This document shows, one piece after another, positions 1 to 11,566 of a stretch of DNA of 64,000 nucleotides. The translations under genes and the position numbers were made by a program. The DNA is from an uncultured Nitrososphaerales archaeon (lineage in GTDB: Archaea; Thermoproteota; Nitrososphaeria; Nitrososphaerales; Nitrososphaeraceae), in NCBI GenBank assembly GCA_963713605.1, contig CAVQMO010000010.1, positions 384,001 to 448,000 on the forward strand, in the 5' to 3' direction. The notes beneath the pieces are model-generated. The model was not told the origin of the DNA. It ran no database searches and worked only from the letters and a program-made list of their open reading frames with translations. Each line of letters starts with the position of its first letter. Position 1 is the stretch's first letter.

Positions 1-136
1 CTTGATCTCTCAGATCCCAAAATGGCAGCTTTATGATATTGCATATATTAATAAATTACCTCTTGCGGTATTGTTGATAAGGCGCTAGGAATTCAAAATG
101 CATTGTATTAAGATTAGACATAAGTTTTAATCACGA

Positions 137-631
137 TTAATTGCTTTCGTCACGCGCAATTGAAGTAGTATTTGTATTTGTCATATCGACTAATGATTTT
201 AATGATCTGTACCTATTATAGTCATTAAGTAGGATTTTTGCCAAATGTTTTGTAATGTCCGTAACACTAAGCAAACCACATATTCTATTATCTTCCTCTA
301 AAACGACTAGGTGTTTAATCTGATTCTGTGTCATGATCCTGGAAGCGGTATCTACCGAATCGTAGGCCATAATAGTGATCAAGGGTGATGACATTATTTC
401 CTCTACAGTAAATCTACTCGCTGATATGTCTTTTAAACAAACACGTCTAACTAAATCTTTTTCAGTAACAATGCCGATCGGTTTTGTCATCCTGTCTATC
501 ACGATCACAGAGCTTATCTTTTTCTTGACCATAATCTCAGCAACGTCCCTGGCTGTTTTGCCAGATTCTGAAGTGATCGTGACAGTATCCTCGCTAGACA
601 TTATCTCGCTTACAGCGCTCACGGCTATCAT
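137..631 (-). CDS. CBS-domain pair protein
   Basis: Two CBS repeats (PIGIVTEKDL; EIMSSPLITI; ICGLLSVTDI). Confidence 0.9.
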   Translation of the reverse strand: MIAVSAVSEIMSSEDTVTITSESGKTARDVAEIMVKKKISSVIVIDRMTKPIGIVTEKDLVRRVCLKDISASRFTVEEIMSSPLITIMAYDSVDTASRIMTQNQIKHLVVLEEDNRICGLLSVTDITKHLAKILLNDYNRYRSLKSLVDMTNTNTTSIARDESN

Positions 632-1435
632 ATGATCATATGCCTTTTTTAAATTACTCGATTCCCGCCCTGCCTTTCAATATGCAGAACGAATTCTGTG
701 TACACTACGCCAAGTCTGTTAACCATGGTGTTCATCTCATTCGTTAAACATTATCGATGGCCTCATAGGATTTTTCATACACTCCCATTTGCGATTTATC
801 TCAACCAGAGTCATGTCTGATAGCTGCCCATCAGTAATAAGCACGTGAGTAGTATTGCATTTCTTCTTCATTAATCAAAATTCTTAGATGACAATCCCTG
901 CATAACATATACTTTGAAGATACAGGTAGTTCTTTCTTGCATTTACTGCAGAATCTTCGTAGCATCCAAATAATACCGACGATTCCTTTATAATATGGTT
1001 TAATCAATTAACCAACTTTACTTACCACAAATAGCATTCGAATCGTTTCTCAGGATGTTTAGAAAATGGACTAAATCTATCATGTTCTTGACCTATATAG
1101 CCTGTATACTAATGACTTTGACAGTCAAGTTCAAAATATTGTCTTTCTATTCAAATTATCTAAATCGCAGATTAGTGAGCAAAGCAAAAGAGACTGCTAC
1201 ATGCTGCGAGGCAGGCACTCGGTAAAACATTCTTATTATTTGTTGCACAGACCGTTTAAGAAGACGAAGGAAAAAACCAAAAGTGATATTCCTCCTCATT
1301 TTGTCTACCTGGTAGATGATGTGAGAACAAATTTTATTGTCAGCTTTCGTATTAACGCATTAAATGAACACTTTGTAATTTTTTAATTACAATATAAACC
1401 CCTGACTTTTATACAATTGCAATAATTAACCAGCA

Positions 1436-2431
1436 ATGGAACTTCCCAGAAGGAGAGGCAAATCATTGTCATATCAATATCATCTCCAAGAGGATATTCG
1501 GCAAAAAGACAAACAAGTAGAAAAAGGTATTAAAGCAAATTACTCGTCTAATGTACTTTGTCGTTCATGTGACTCCATCTGGATGATCTTCGACGGATCG
1601 ACTGGCGAAACTATTTGTACGAAATGCGGTGCTGTCATAACTGATAGGCCTACGGAGATTGGCCCAAGTTCTGTCGAATCATTTAGCAATTCTGTTTCGC
1701 TTGCCTTTCCTGATAAAGGTCTTTCAACAGTTATCATGAGTGCGAATATTGACGCTTCCGGCTCAACATTAAATCACGACCAGATTCAAAACGTAAACAA
1801 GATTAGATATTTGGATAAGGTTTCAAATAATAATAGAACTCAAATTAGAAACCTCAAGAATGCATTTGTTACTATGGCCGCGATCAGAGATAAATTGACA
1901 CTCACGGATCCAGTCATGGAAAGAGCTGCTTACTATTATCGTAAAACACTCCACAACAAACTCATAAAAGGGAGATCTATTCGGGAAATGGTGGTTGCTT
2001 CCATCTATGCTTCTTGTAAGGAGATGGAAGTACCAAGAACTTTGTGCGAAATATGCGATGCAGCTAATGCAGATCCTATATTTGCAGGTAAATGTTACAG
2101 AACTATGGCAAGAGAGCTAAGGATAAGTCCATTAATCGTTGATTCTACGAAATACATCTCAAAAGTTGCCGACATCGCCTGTGTCAGCCAGAAAACATAC
2201 AGAAGAGCCGTAGAAATGTTAGATATAGTAAAGAAACATGCAATCTCCTACGGAAAGGATCCAAAGGCGCTTGCAACTGCAGTTCTTTATGCTGCTTGCA
2301 TAAAAGAAAATGAACTCAAAGTTAGTCAGGCAAAGATAGCAGCCGCAGGGAGCATCAGCGTTGTTACATTGAGGAAAAGATTTTCAGATATTTTAAGAAT
2401 AATACCAAGGGATAATAATAGTTATGCATGA
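1436..2431 (+). CDS. tfb: Transcription initiation factor IIB (TFB) paralogue
   Basis: Zn ribbon CRSC...TGETICTKCG, DKGLSTVI linker, cyclin folds KGRSI...IYASC...PRTL and GKDP...A.LY, C-terminal SVVTLRKR. Confidence 0.93.
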   Translation: MELPRRRGKSLSYQYHLQEDIRQKDKQVEKGIKANYSSNVLCRSCDSIWMIFDGSTGETICTKCGAVITDRPTEIGPSSVESFSNSVSLAFPDKGLSTVIMSANIDASGSTLNHDQIQNVNKIRYLDKVSNNNRTQIRNLKNAFVTMAAIRDKLTLTDPVMERAAYYYRKTLHNKLIKGRSIREMVVASIYASCKEMEVPRTLCEICDAANADPIFAGKCYRTMARELRISPLIVDSTKYISKVADIACVSQKTYRRAVEMLDIVKKHAISYGKDPKALATAVLYAACIKENELKVSQAKIAAAGSISVVTLRKRFSDILRIIPRDNNSYA

Positions 2432-2760
2432 ATGCAGCGGCTAAAGTCAAGACATGATGAAAACGTGAAGATCCGATCAGCGTCAGACGTGTCAAAAGCA
2501 AGCAAACTTTTAATTGCTCTTCGATTTGAGTTTATAACTTTTTGTGGGTTATTGTTGTCCACCGGCTGGACGCTTGCTTCGCGTGATCCGAATTATCATC
2601 TTTTACTTGATCTTTTAGGCGATTGCCTTCGTGAATGGCAATCATATTTTGTTTCATCTACTAATCCGAGGCAGAAGACATGCATTGTCAAATGCGTCAA
2701 ACAATGATTTTGTCTGTCACAAAACACTATTAACTGCCTCAAGATCCAAAATCAGAAGAT

Positions 2761-3555
2761 ATGCCGCATTTTGGTTTGCTTACAAATCCCTCAAATGAAT
2801 TGTTAAGTGAAATTAGAAAAATTCACTCACTGGGTTTCGAATATGTGGAGATTGCCATTGAAGGGCCAGAAGGGAGTCCTCAGGTATTAATCGATAAACA
2901 GAACGGGATAACTAGACTACTCCAAAAATTTGGATTAAAACCAATTGGTCACACTGTACCGTGGGTAGATTTAGGATCGGATTATGAGTACATTAGACAA
3001 GCATGGATCCTTGAGGCAATGAGAAATATCAAAGTTTCTAAGCAAGTTGGAATAAGCCTTGTTAACTTTCATAGTAATCTTAACGGAGGGATGTTTAAAG
3101 GTGAAAAAAGACTGAGACTTTTGGAAAATTGGATCAAAAGCCTTCGCGAAATTTTGAGATACGCGGATTCTTATGGCGTACAGATAATGTTAGAAAATGT
3201 TCCACTTTCTAAGGGAGTACATAAGCTTGAAGAATATAAATACATCGTCGACAACGTCGACGGATTGCTTGTTCATTTAGACGTACCTCACGCTTTCACA
3301 TCCGCAGGCATGCAGGGAATAATAGAATTTATTCATTCATTTAGAGACAGGATTGTCCACATTCACTGGCATGACAATAATGGAGTTAGGGACGAACATC
3401 TCCCTATAGGACGTGGACTTATAGATCATGAGCTTATAGTAAGAGAATTAAGATCGATAAATTATGATAGAACCATTACCTTGGAAGTCTTTACGAATAA
3501 TGCTGATGCGAAGGTATCTGCAGAAGTGCTAAGTAAGCTCTGGTCAGAAATTTGA
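2761..3555 (+). CDS. Sugar phosphate isomerase/epimerase (xylose-isomerase-like TIM barrel)
   Basis: Motifs LENV, HLDVPH, HIHWHDN, DEHLPIGRG, TLEV. Confidence 0.85.
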   Translation: MPHFGLLTNPSNELLSEIRKIHSLGFEYVEIAIEGPEGSPQVLIDKQNGITRLLQKFGLKPIGHTVPWVDLGSDYEYIRQAWILEAMRNIKVSKQVGISLVNFHSNLNGGMFKGEKRLRLLENWIKSLREILRYADSYGVQIMLENVPLSKGVHKLEEYKYIVDNVDGLLVHLDVPHAFTSAGMQGIIEFIHSFRDRIVHIHWHDNNGVRDEHLPIGRGLIDHELIVRELRSINYDRTITLEVFTNNADAKVSAEVLSKLWSEI

Positions 3556-3855
3556 TAATGTTGCAATGCCCGTGGTGCTTGCCAAATACTGTGAACGTAA
3601 ATAGGTGAGAAAAGATGTTTAGAAATTTCTTGCACTATTAGTATATAATAGAAATCTTCGAAATCATTATCTGAAATGGGCCGAATAAGAGCAGTCGTTC
3701 AGCGCGGATAATAGAATTCTCGTTTGGCGAATAAAGATTCTTCTATAGGTTATCTATCCTCAATAAGTATACCATTAAAAGCAGATTTATTTCCAAGTAG
3801 TTACTTAAAATTTACCTAAATACTTGTATTCATTTCTAATACTGGACATAGAAAA

Positions 3856-4122
3856 ATGAAAAACAGGGATAGAGCGGAAATAAATGCGATGATCCTTGAC
3901 ATTGCAAGCCACGGTAGAGTTACCAAGACAAAGATTATGTATAGAGCGTACTTATCATATAACAAGCTCGAAGAATATTTAACCGATCTGGGGGAAAGTG
4001 AGCTATTGGAATATGAAGTTGGAGCTCAAACTTATCGTACTACGGAAAAAGGAAAACGCTACCTAGAGATACATAATAGAATGAGTGAACTGATCTCTAT
4101 CAATAGGGAAGTAGCTTTCTAA
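3856..4122 (+). CDS. Archaeal winged-helix transcriptional regulator
   Basis: RDRAEI...TKTKIMYRAYLSY...YL...LL...YRTTEKG signature of small archaeal wHTH proteins. Confidence 0.88.
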   Translation: MKNRDRAEINAMILDIASHGRVTKTKIMYRAYLSYNKLEEYLTDLGESELLEYEVGAQTYRTTEKGKRYLEIHNRMSELISINREVAF

Positions 4123-4375
4123 CTTGGACTTCTAATTACCATACTGGATAGCTAAAGCGAAACCATATCATTACCAAAACTCAGACGTCACGTCATACAC
4201 TGATGATGATGATGATGATACAGTACGAAGAAAATTCTTGTTATTGATTCCAACTGAACCACAGACAATGTCTTGCTTGAGTGCAGTTGCAATGAGGGTA
4301 CGATGGAGTAAAGGATCACTTGATAGGAACACCGGGTTCTATGCACGTGATCTGGTTATCTTCTCGCTGTACTTT

Positions 4376-6159
4376 CTAATCATGATGGTGGAGGTCTCGT
4401 AATCTTTCATGAATCTGGTTTCTATATAATGTTAAACCAATTCTCTTTGCGTATGGCTGTCCTTTTGCAAACGATTCAGCCATTTTTTTGACAAACTCTA
4501 ATTCGACTTTTGGTGGCATTGGCGGATCGAACGGATCTACGTATACTTCGACTATCGTTGGTTTCTTCTCATTCATCACTTCATTCAAGATTGGTTTGAC
4601 TTCATTAGGTTCGTTTACAGTATATCCGTTTCCACCACAAGCCTCAGCAAATTTTGCGTAATCGATAGGCGTAAATTCTACACCAAACTCAGGGTTTCCT
4701 AGGAATGCCATTTGCTCCCAACGGATCATTCCCAAAATGTTATTCTTGATTATTATCACTTTGATCGGAAGATTATTTTGAACCGCTGTAGCAAATTCTC
4801 CCATTAGCATCGTAAAACCACCATCTCCTACAAAAGCAACTGATTGTCTCTTCGGAAAAGCGATCTGTGCTGCGATGGCATATGGTAGACCGCATCCCAT
4901 ACTTGCCAAGGTACCAGACAGCGAAAAAAGCATTCCTCTTTTAATATTGATATAGCGAGCTGCCCAACTAGTAATAGTTCCACTATCTACCGAAATTATT
5001 GCATCATCTTCTAATTCATTCGATAAGATGGTAGCAACAAACTGGGGCTTAATTGGGCTATCTTTTCGAGAACCCTGTTCTTCAAGCAGGCTTCTCCATT
5101 TTCGCATGGCTCGCTGTTTTGAATCAAGAAAATTAGATTCCTTTTTTCTATGCAATTGCGGGAGAAGAGCGGTTAACGTAAGTCTAGAATCACCCACTAA
5201 TCCTACCTCCACTGGATACCTAGATCCAATTCTTTCAGGTAAGATATCAATTTGAATACCTCTTGCTTGCCCTGGTTTCGGAAGATAATCAATATAGGGG
5301 AATGATGTTCCGATCATCAGTAAAGTATCTGCTTCATTCATTGCGTCACTGGCTGGCCCGGTTCCCAGGAGACCAAGCCCTCCTAGACTGTATGGATGAT
5401 CGTCAGGAATCACTGCTTTGCCTAAGAGTGCCTTGACAACGGGGGCGGCCAAACGTTCACAAACAGAAGTCACTTGATCTGTAGCTCCAAGGGCCCCCTG
5501 CCCAACTAAAACTACAGTCTTATTCCCTGCATTTAGGATATCTGCAGCCTTGTCTATTAAGGCCTGATTAGGCGTAATAGCAGATGTAATGACATCGGAG
5601 GTATGGCCGGGGACTTTATGTCTGGAGTACCGGTTTTTTAGCCTTTGCTCCTGAACATCGATCGGGATCGTCAAATGGCTAACTCCTCTACGCCCAAGTG
5701 CAGTTCTACATGCTATGTCCACTGCCATTTCCGCATGCTCTGGAGAATTTATCATGTTGTTGTAAACTGTTACGTCAGAAAAAAGCTGTAATAAGTTTAC
5801 ATCTTGTTGGTATCCTGATCCCATCAGATCGGAAGTACGTACTTCCAGTGATAGCTGGTACTGGTGTGCTATCAGCTTTTGCGTCATACAACCCGTTCAA
5901 AAGGTGTATAGCGCCCGGACCTGACGTAGCAACGCACACACCAAGTCTTCTCGTGTACTTCGCGTATGCGCAGGCCATGAAAGCTGCCTGATTCTTCATG
6001 TCGTACCAGAATGAACTTGACCTTGCTTTGTCGCTGTCTTAGGGATTCCATAAAGCCATTGATCCCATCACCCGGTAAACCAAAGATCGTATCGACATCC
6101 CAATCAATTAATGCCTCAGCAACGATGTCTGCAGTCCTTAAATTCTCATATTCGCTCAT
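4376..6159 (-). CDS. ThDP-dependent pyruvate oxidase/dehydrogenase (PoxB-like); two +1 frame breaks
   Basis: [32 protein letters not shown] and the ThDP motif GDGG...KNN are spread over three consecutive ORFs, with breaks near 5990 and 5845. Confidence 0.88.
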
Positions 6160-6534
6160 ATCAGTCTGCCTACCTGCAATAAAATTTCTGCAACTTTCTT
6201 GAATTTGCTGAACCAATCCTAAATGACAATTGATTGTCCTTATAGCAGAGGAGTTTATCCGTGCCGAATGTTTGTATCCCTACCATCTATCCTCTAGTTC
6301 TTGATGAGCAAAGTATTATTTAGACATTCTTTTACACGATATATTCTATATAGAGAATATTACGAACAATAAAGCGGATCATTGTGGTCAAGAATTTAAT
6401 CACGTGAAGAGCTAATGCACGAGCAATCGTAACAAATTTAATCTCAAATAGTCAAACGGTTATGTATTGTTATTAGATCTGCGAACATTGTCATTCTAGT
6501 CTCAAATGCAACTTAAAATAAGATTGGTTACCAC

Positions 6535-6734
6535 TTAAACATCTGTTGGCTTGGAGTTGGACTCGGGTTCGGGTGCTGGGACATCTAGTCCGGCTGCCGT
6601 GCTTGTACCTACTACTAAAGTTCCTTGCCGGCAGACCGGGGTTTGTCAGATCTTGTACTTCGAAAGATATTGCTAATGATTACAGAACTGGCCATAAACA
6701 CAACCGCAAGTCCCGTTAGTAGTTCTCTAAGCAT
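6535..6734 (-). pseudogene. Disrupted small secreted protein
   Basis: Signal-like MLRELLTGLAVVFMASSVI, then AISFEVQDLTNP and GTLVVGTSTAAGLDVPAPEPESNSKPTDV* in shifted frames. Confidence 0.35.
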
Positions 6735-7458
6735 AATTTATCGCCGCCGAGTTAACTGTTGTGTATGCTTCCACAATATAAAATAATCTAGAAAGTATAT
6801 AATAGTTATCTAGCTAATGGATCAATATTCATCACTATCTATCAGAGTAATGTTAAAAAGGTGCATTGCACTTTCTATTGCATTGATAGTTCAGATAGTT
6901 ATATCGCCGAAAGATTACATTTGGTAATATGTTATGTTTGTAAATAATTAATTGGACAGTTAATATTATTCAAATGTTACTTAATGGCAAGTCGGGTGAT
7001 TTGAGTGAGCAAGTTGAGAGAAAAAACACACTCAAAGAACTAAGTCAAATCCTCTGTAATTTCAACCAACAAGATGATATACGGCGCACTGTGGGACACC
7101 TATCGCTAGAGTTCTTTAAACATGCAATGATGCTGAGGATTATGTCTGCAAAAATGAAAGTGGTGGAGCAGAAGGACATAGACTCATAGCAGAGGCGATA
7201 CATAACACCTTAGAAAAATTGGAAACCAACAAGGAGCATCCAGGAGCCATCATAGAGTATGGCAACTAGTCACTCGGACGGATTAACACATTCAGATTAA
7301 GGACTTAAGAAGAGAATGATGAAGTCAGCCTGAATAATGTGTCCTCAAATCCCTGTACCCAGACCAACGCCTTATCTAATCTTAAACTATCTCACTTTGA
7401 CAGGTATCAGGTTCATTTTTCCGATTCATTGCCCGTTTAATACCTTCCTGAATAGTAC

Positions 7459-7732
7459 TTCAGATGAATTATTGGATATAGTGGGTACTGAAAAATTCAG
7501 GAACCTTAAAAAAGTTGCTTGAGTTTGTAAGAATGAGAGAAAAGGACGATACTAGCAAAAATAATGGTAATGAGTATACTGATGACAGTAACATGGTATA
7601 TACCAGAGCGAAGAAGCTCTTCATGAAATCAGTGGAGCAGAAGATGTTACGGTTGGTATAGATGGTGAACCAATTGGAATTCTGCTCGCAACATTTCAAG
7701 TTCATTCAAACGCCCTAAATCTAAAAATGTGA
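7459..7732 (+). pseudogene. C-terminal remnant of a diacylglycerol/lipid kinase (YegS/DagK family)
   Basis: Manual translation across frames gives SDELLDIV / VLKNSGTLKKLLEF...VYTRAKK / DVTVGIDGEPIGILLATFQVHSNALNLKM*. The N-terminal domain is absent. Confidence 0.6.
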
Positions 7733-7986
7733 GGTTTAGCGTATGTTAGCTCGAGCCTTGATACCTTCCATTATATTCTTTTACAAATGACTTTGGTATC
7801 TTAATGACATGCCTTCCCGTCATCAAAAAAAGAGAATCCTTTTCGATTGCAATGATATTTCCCATGTCATCATTGTCACTAGAACGCACTCCTTTTAGTA
7901 CCAGTCAATCCCAATTTCGGATCATTCCTCGTACATTACATAATCATGATTAATTATATAAAATGATCTGAAATTGGAAATCTTTA

Positions 7987-8343
7987 TCATGTAAGCATGG
8001 GCAGAATATCCCTTATTATCTTGTTGTGATCTGCATCTACCTCGGTAGTAACCAAGAGCAGATGGTTTTCTTCTAACGGAAATGTTATCCTTTTGATTTT
8101 CTCATATTCTGACATCGCATATTTTCCTTTACCCACTTTTGATGAGAGGGAGTTTCTTAATGCCCATCTGGCTAGGGCTTGCAAATTTGATCTTTTAGTT
8201 TCCTCTGGAGATAGAAGATTTGTTATTCCTTCGCGCTGTCCACCGTATTTTATCGCACCGGAATCATCACACACACCAGCGAATCTTATCTTGGATTCCA
8301 GACCAAGGATGTTTTTGCATAGTCTACCAAAATCCATAGTCAT
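7987..8343 (-). CDS. Thaumarchaeal roadblock-like protein (DUF6659-like)
   Basis: IRFAGV...G...GGQREG...LL, and GK.KYAMSEYEKIKRITFP...LLVTTE pattern. Confidence 0.7.
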   Translation of the reverse strand: MTMDFGRLCKNILGLESKIRFAGVCDDSGAIKYGGQREGITNLLSPEETKRSNLQALARWALRNSLSSKVGKGKYAMSEYEKIKRITFPLEENHLLLVTTEVDADHNKIIRDILPMLT

Positions 8344-9207
8344 AAGATAAAAAATGAACAAACCTAATAAATATTCTATCATTTAAGTCACCTACCTAAA
8401 TTCATGGCTACTCTCATAATCTTCTAACTCTTCACGAGTTTGAAATTCTCGACCACAATCTATGCAAGAAAAAGTCGCATACTGATACTAGTGGATGGAA
8501 CCAACAGCTAATCAAGTTAAATACTTTGTTGAACATCTTTGAATGAGAAATGGTTCTCGGAACACTACTATACATAATTATTATCATTATTGTAATTATT
8601 GTGATAATAGACTCTGCTAAAGTTTCTGTTTCAATTGTTCTTTGTAATACCATTTGGAGTAGATTATTCTGCCGATCTTCTGTACGCTAAAGAAATTCTA
8701 TTGCCTATGAACAGCTAAATAAAATTGTGTTTAATCACACAGTACCTCGTGAGTGCCGTGTCGCATAGATAGACGGACGATTTGTTCAGCTTGTGTGGCC
8801 CGAAAAAATAGAGTTATAGTCTGCAGATAAAATTAGTTTTGGTTTAGAGATATAGTGGAAGAAGAGTTGAATTAGACACTATTACCAATGCCGGATCTGA
8901 AGCCACGGAAGTACCGAATTCTATTGCGTCATAATTCGTCTTTCCGGCATTACACGTACATTCTTTGGTCCATTGCATTATTCTTTGTCTAATTAATTAA
9001 ATACAAACATAGGGTATTACCATATGTAATCTTTCTACCTGAGCTATTGATATAATTGCCGTGGTTGTTTGTTCTGATTATTGTTCCAATTGGTTGTTCT
9101 AAGTCTGTTTGAACGCTTGATCTAGATTTGTAATGGCATAAACCCAGAAGGTCTTTTATCTCTAAATGTCAATAATTACTACACGTCGCAAACCTCCACA
9201 AAGGTGA

Positions 9208-9258
9208 GGGTAGTGACGGCCAGCATATCGGCACAAATTCTGTTGGTCGTCCCTACCC
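9208..9258 (+). other. Strong intergenic hairpin
   Basis: GGGTAGTGACGGCCAGCA pairs with TGTTGGTCGTCCCTACCC; 17 of 18 positions pair, including two G-U. Confidence 0.7.
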
Positions 9259-9350
9259 CAACAGTTTGTTAATGAGTATGAAGCTTCACGTTCACTATCA
9301 GAGTAACTTACAATTACTATCTATAGATCCATCTTATCATGAAATGACAG

Positions 9351-9581
9351 CTAAATAATATTATGTTTGATTGCACAATATTTATGATAATAATGTCTTG
9401 GTCGCCCACTGCTCACAACAGCATGATCACATGTTATTCGGCCATTACATGAGACGCAAAGTCCACTCTGTTTCACTTCTATCATTCTGAGTGTGCGAGT
9501 CATATTTTCGTTGGGATTAATGATTAGTGGGAGGGCCAGATCATCAATATTAAGGGTTTGCAAATGAGACTTGTTGTACAC
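9351..9581 (-). CDS. Small Zn-finger protein
   Basis: CVSC...HYYHKYC ligand pattern; start uncertain. Confidence 0.6.
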   Translation of the reverse strand: MYNKSHLQTLNIDDLALPLIINPNENMTRTLRMIEVKQSGLCVSCNGRITCDHAVVSSGRPRHYYHKYCAIKHNII

Positions 9582-9820
9582 CTAGTTAGAGTAAATACAT
9601 AATATCCCTTGAGTTATCTTATAAACCAGTTATAATATCAGGACTAAGACCGTCATTCAGAGCCCAGAACTCCTGTCGCATTTCATGGACTTCTGCCGAT
9701 GACAGATCCAATTCTATGGCAACGTCGATAGGTTTCTTTCCCTTCGCGAATAGCCAGATGCCTGTGTGTCTTTGGTTTTGCATTTCAAGTCTCTCATTTC
9801 ATCACCACTGCCTTGACCAT

Positions 9821-9890
9821 GGAGGCGGCGGAGGCGGCGGATCAGACGGCGGCGGTGGCGGCGGTGGCGGCGGAGGCAGTGGATCAGGCG
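9821..9890. repeat. GC-rich (GGC/GGT/GGA)n low-complexity tract
   Basis: Reads poly-Gly on the plus strand and poly-Pro or poly-Arg on the minus strand. Confidence 0.85.
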
Positions 9891-10106
9891 CGTCATCATT
9901 ACGAACTGATTCGCATCGGTAAGTCGGGCCAGTTACTAACACGAACTATTAACGCGGGCACGGATGTTTTAGTCGCGTCCACTTGGATTTATGTTAGATA
10001 ATTTCTATTGTCATCTACTGAACCTAAGCATTGGACCCAGGTTTTAAATGGGGATAGACACCATTGTTTACCACATTTTATATAGTATGTTGAGTAAAGC
10101 TCTAGT

Positions 10107-10739
10107 ATGTCAAAGAGAGAACAAGACAAAGCTATCGAAGACACCAAAAAGGTCGCTGAACAAGCCAAGAGTGTAGAAGATAAACTCGAAGCAGTCGAAA
10201 CATTGCAAGAAGTTGGACAGCAGGTGACAGCACAAGAATTTCAAGTTACACTTGACCAATCATTAGATGAAACGAAAAAGAATATAAGAAGATCAATAAA
10301 TGAAGCGAAAGCTCAAGTTCCACAATATGCAAACGTTGTTAAAAGCTATGAAGAACAAGCATTGGAATCAACTGGAAAAATGGTCGAAGATTTTATCGAA
10401 ACTCAAAAGACGGTAATGAATTTATTCTTCAACTCTGCAACTCCGTATTATGAGAATGTCAACAGAATGTATAATTACTGGTTTTCTCAGAGAGTACCAG
10501 CAGAGACATATATCAGATCTGTCAACAATATTGCTGAAAACCTCTCAGCATCAGTAAGAATAAGCAATGACATCTTATTTGGAAATATTGAAGCTTTTGG
10601 AAACGCATTCGAACGAGCACAACGACATACAAAAGAGCTTTCAAGAATAAATGTGGATAATGCAAAAACCATCGCAAACACAGCAAGAGAAACTGCTGCA
10701 GAGTTATCAGTTAATAGACAAAGAGAAGTTTACACATAG
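10107..10739 (+). CDS. Helical phasin-like protein (putative storage-granule protein)
   Basis: Amphipathic helical ORF rich in E/K/Q/A/N, with a decayed paralogue at 55 kb. The phasin assignment is inference. Confidence 0.55.
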   Translation: MSKREQDKAIEDTKKVAEQAKSVEDKLEAVETLQEVGQQVTAQEFQVTLDQSLDETKKNIRRSINEAKAQVPQYANVVKSYEEQALESTGKMVEDFIETQKTVMNLFFNSATPYYENVNRMYNYWFSQRVPAETYIRSVNNIAENLSASVRISNDILFGNIEAFGNAFERAQRHTKELSRINVDNAKTIANTARETAAELSVNRQREVYT

Positions 10740-10825
10740 AACTGTCTGTCAGCTAGCCATCTAGTTAGATATAACTAGATCAATTAATTATTTTTATTCT
10801 GTGCTCATCTAGTAACGCAACCTGT

Positions 10826-11301
10826 TCAGTGCTCAAAATCTTGCACTTCCAAAGTATCGAAGTCTGTCCATGCATTAATTCCAGTAACTACAAAAACCTG
10901 AAAGTGAAGATGTGGCAGATATGTATAACCGGTCATACCGACTCTAGCTATTTCTTCACCTGCTCTGACATGTTGACCAGCTTTCACTCTTGAACTATTG
11001 TAGCTTAAATGATCGTATCTTGAGTATTCTCCATTTGAGTGCATAATTACAATGAAGTTTGTATGACTCCAATAGATTGGGTTAGATCCCCCAGTATTAG
11101 AGTCATCTTTAACAAAAGTCACTATCCCGTCAGCTGCAGCAAGAACAGATGTCTCTTCGTCAGCTATAAGATCGATTGCATTCGATCGATTGCATTTCGA
11201 AGTTTGCCCAAATGAGCTGGCGATGAACTTCTATCGATACGCTGTAACTGATCTCTCGGTACCGGTAGTTTATATCTATTAATAGCATTTTTACTCATCA
11301 T
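10826..11301 (-). pseudogene. M23-family peptidase broken by a 14-bp tandem duplication
   Basis: H...AID, AAADG.V, Y.HL and G.TG...PHLHF motifs. GATCGATTGCATT is duplicated at 11170-11182 and 11184-11196. Confidence 0.85.
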
Positions 11302-11566
11302 AGGTTTTGTTTCTTATTGAGATGTTGTTCGTTAGTAGTTGGTTGGTTGTCTAACCAACAACTTTGTTAGTCCTATAGAATAGTCCTATTCCGTTCAGAG
11401 CAGCATCGACAATACTTATGGATGTAATATTTGCACTAGTATCGATCGCAAATGGTTTAATTTTTTCTGAAAACTTATTGAAGTTTTAGACCTTGTAGGT
11501 CATTAGTTACGCATCTCCAATAGCATTATTAATAATGATCCTATTTCTATCATATCTGATGTAGCT

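Noticed and set aside
2432..2707. 91-aa ORF downstream of tfb
   Set aside because: No recognisable motif; probably spurious.
4201..4219. (GAT)n microsatellite or His-tract peptide
   Set aside because: Short, between convergent genes, and no convincing ORF.
7120..7270. SGNH-hydrolase C-terminal remnant (EGHRLIAEAIH)
   Set aside because: The catalytic DxxHP motif is absent and the match is too short to support.
8887..8951. 9-bp inverted repeat AATGCCGGA/TCCGGCATT as MITE ends
   Set aside because: No target-site duplication or second copy seen.
9200..9262. Group II intron domain VI (ends ...CCCTACCCCAAC)
   Set aside because: No domain V upstream, the would-be branch A is paired, and there is no RT gene.
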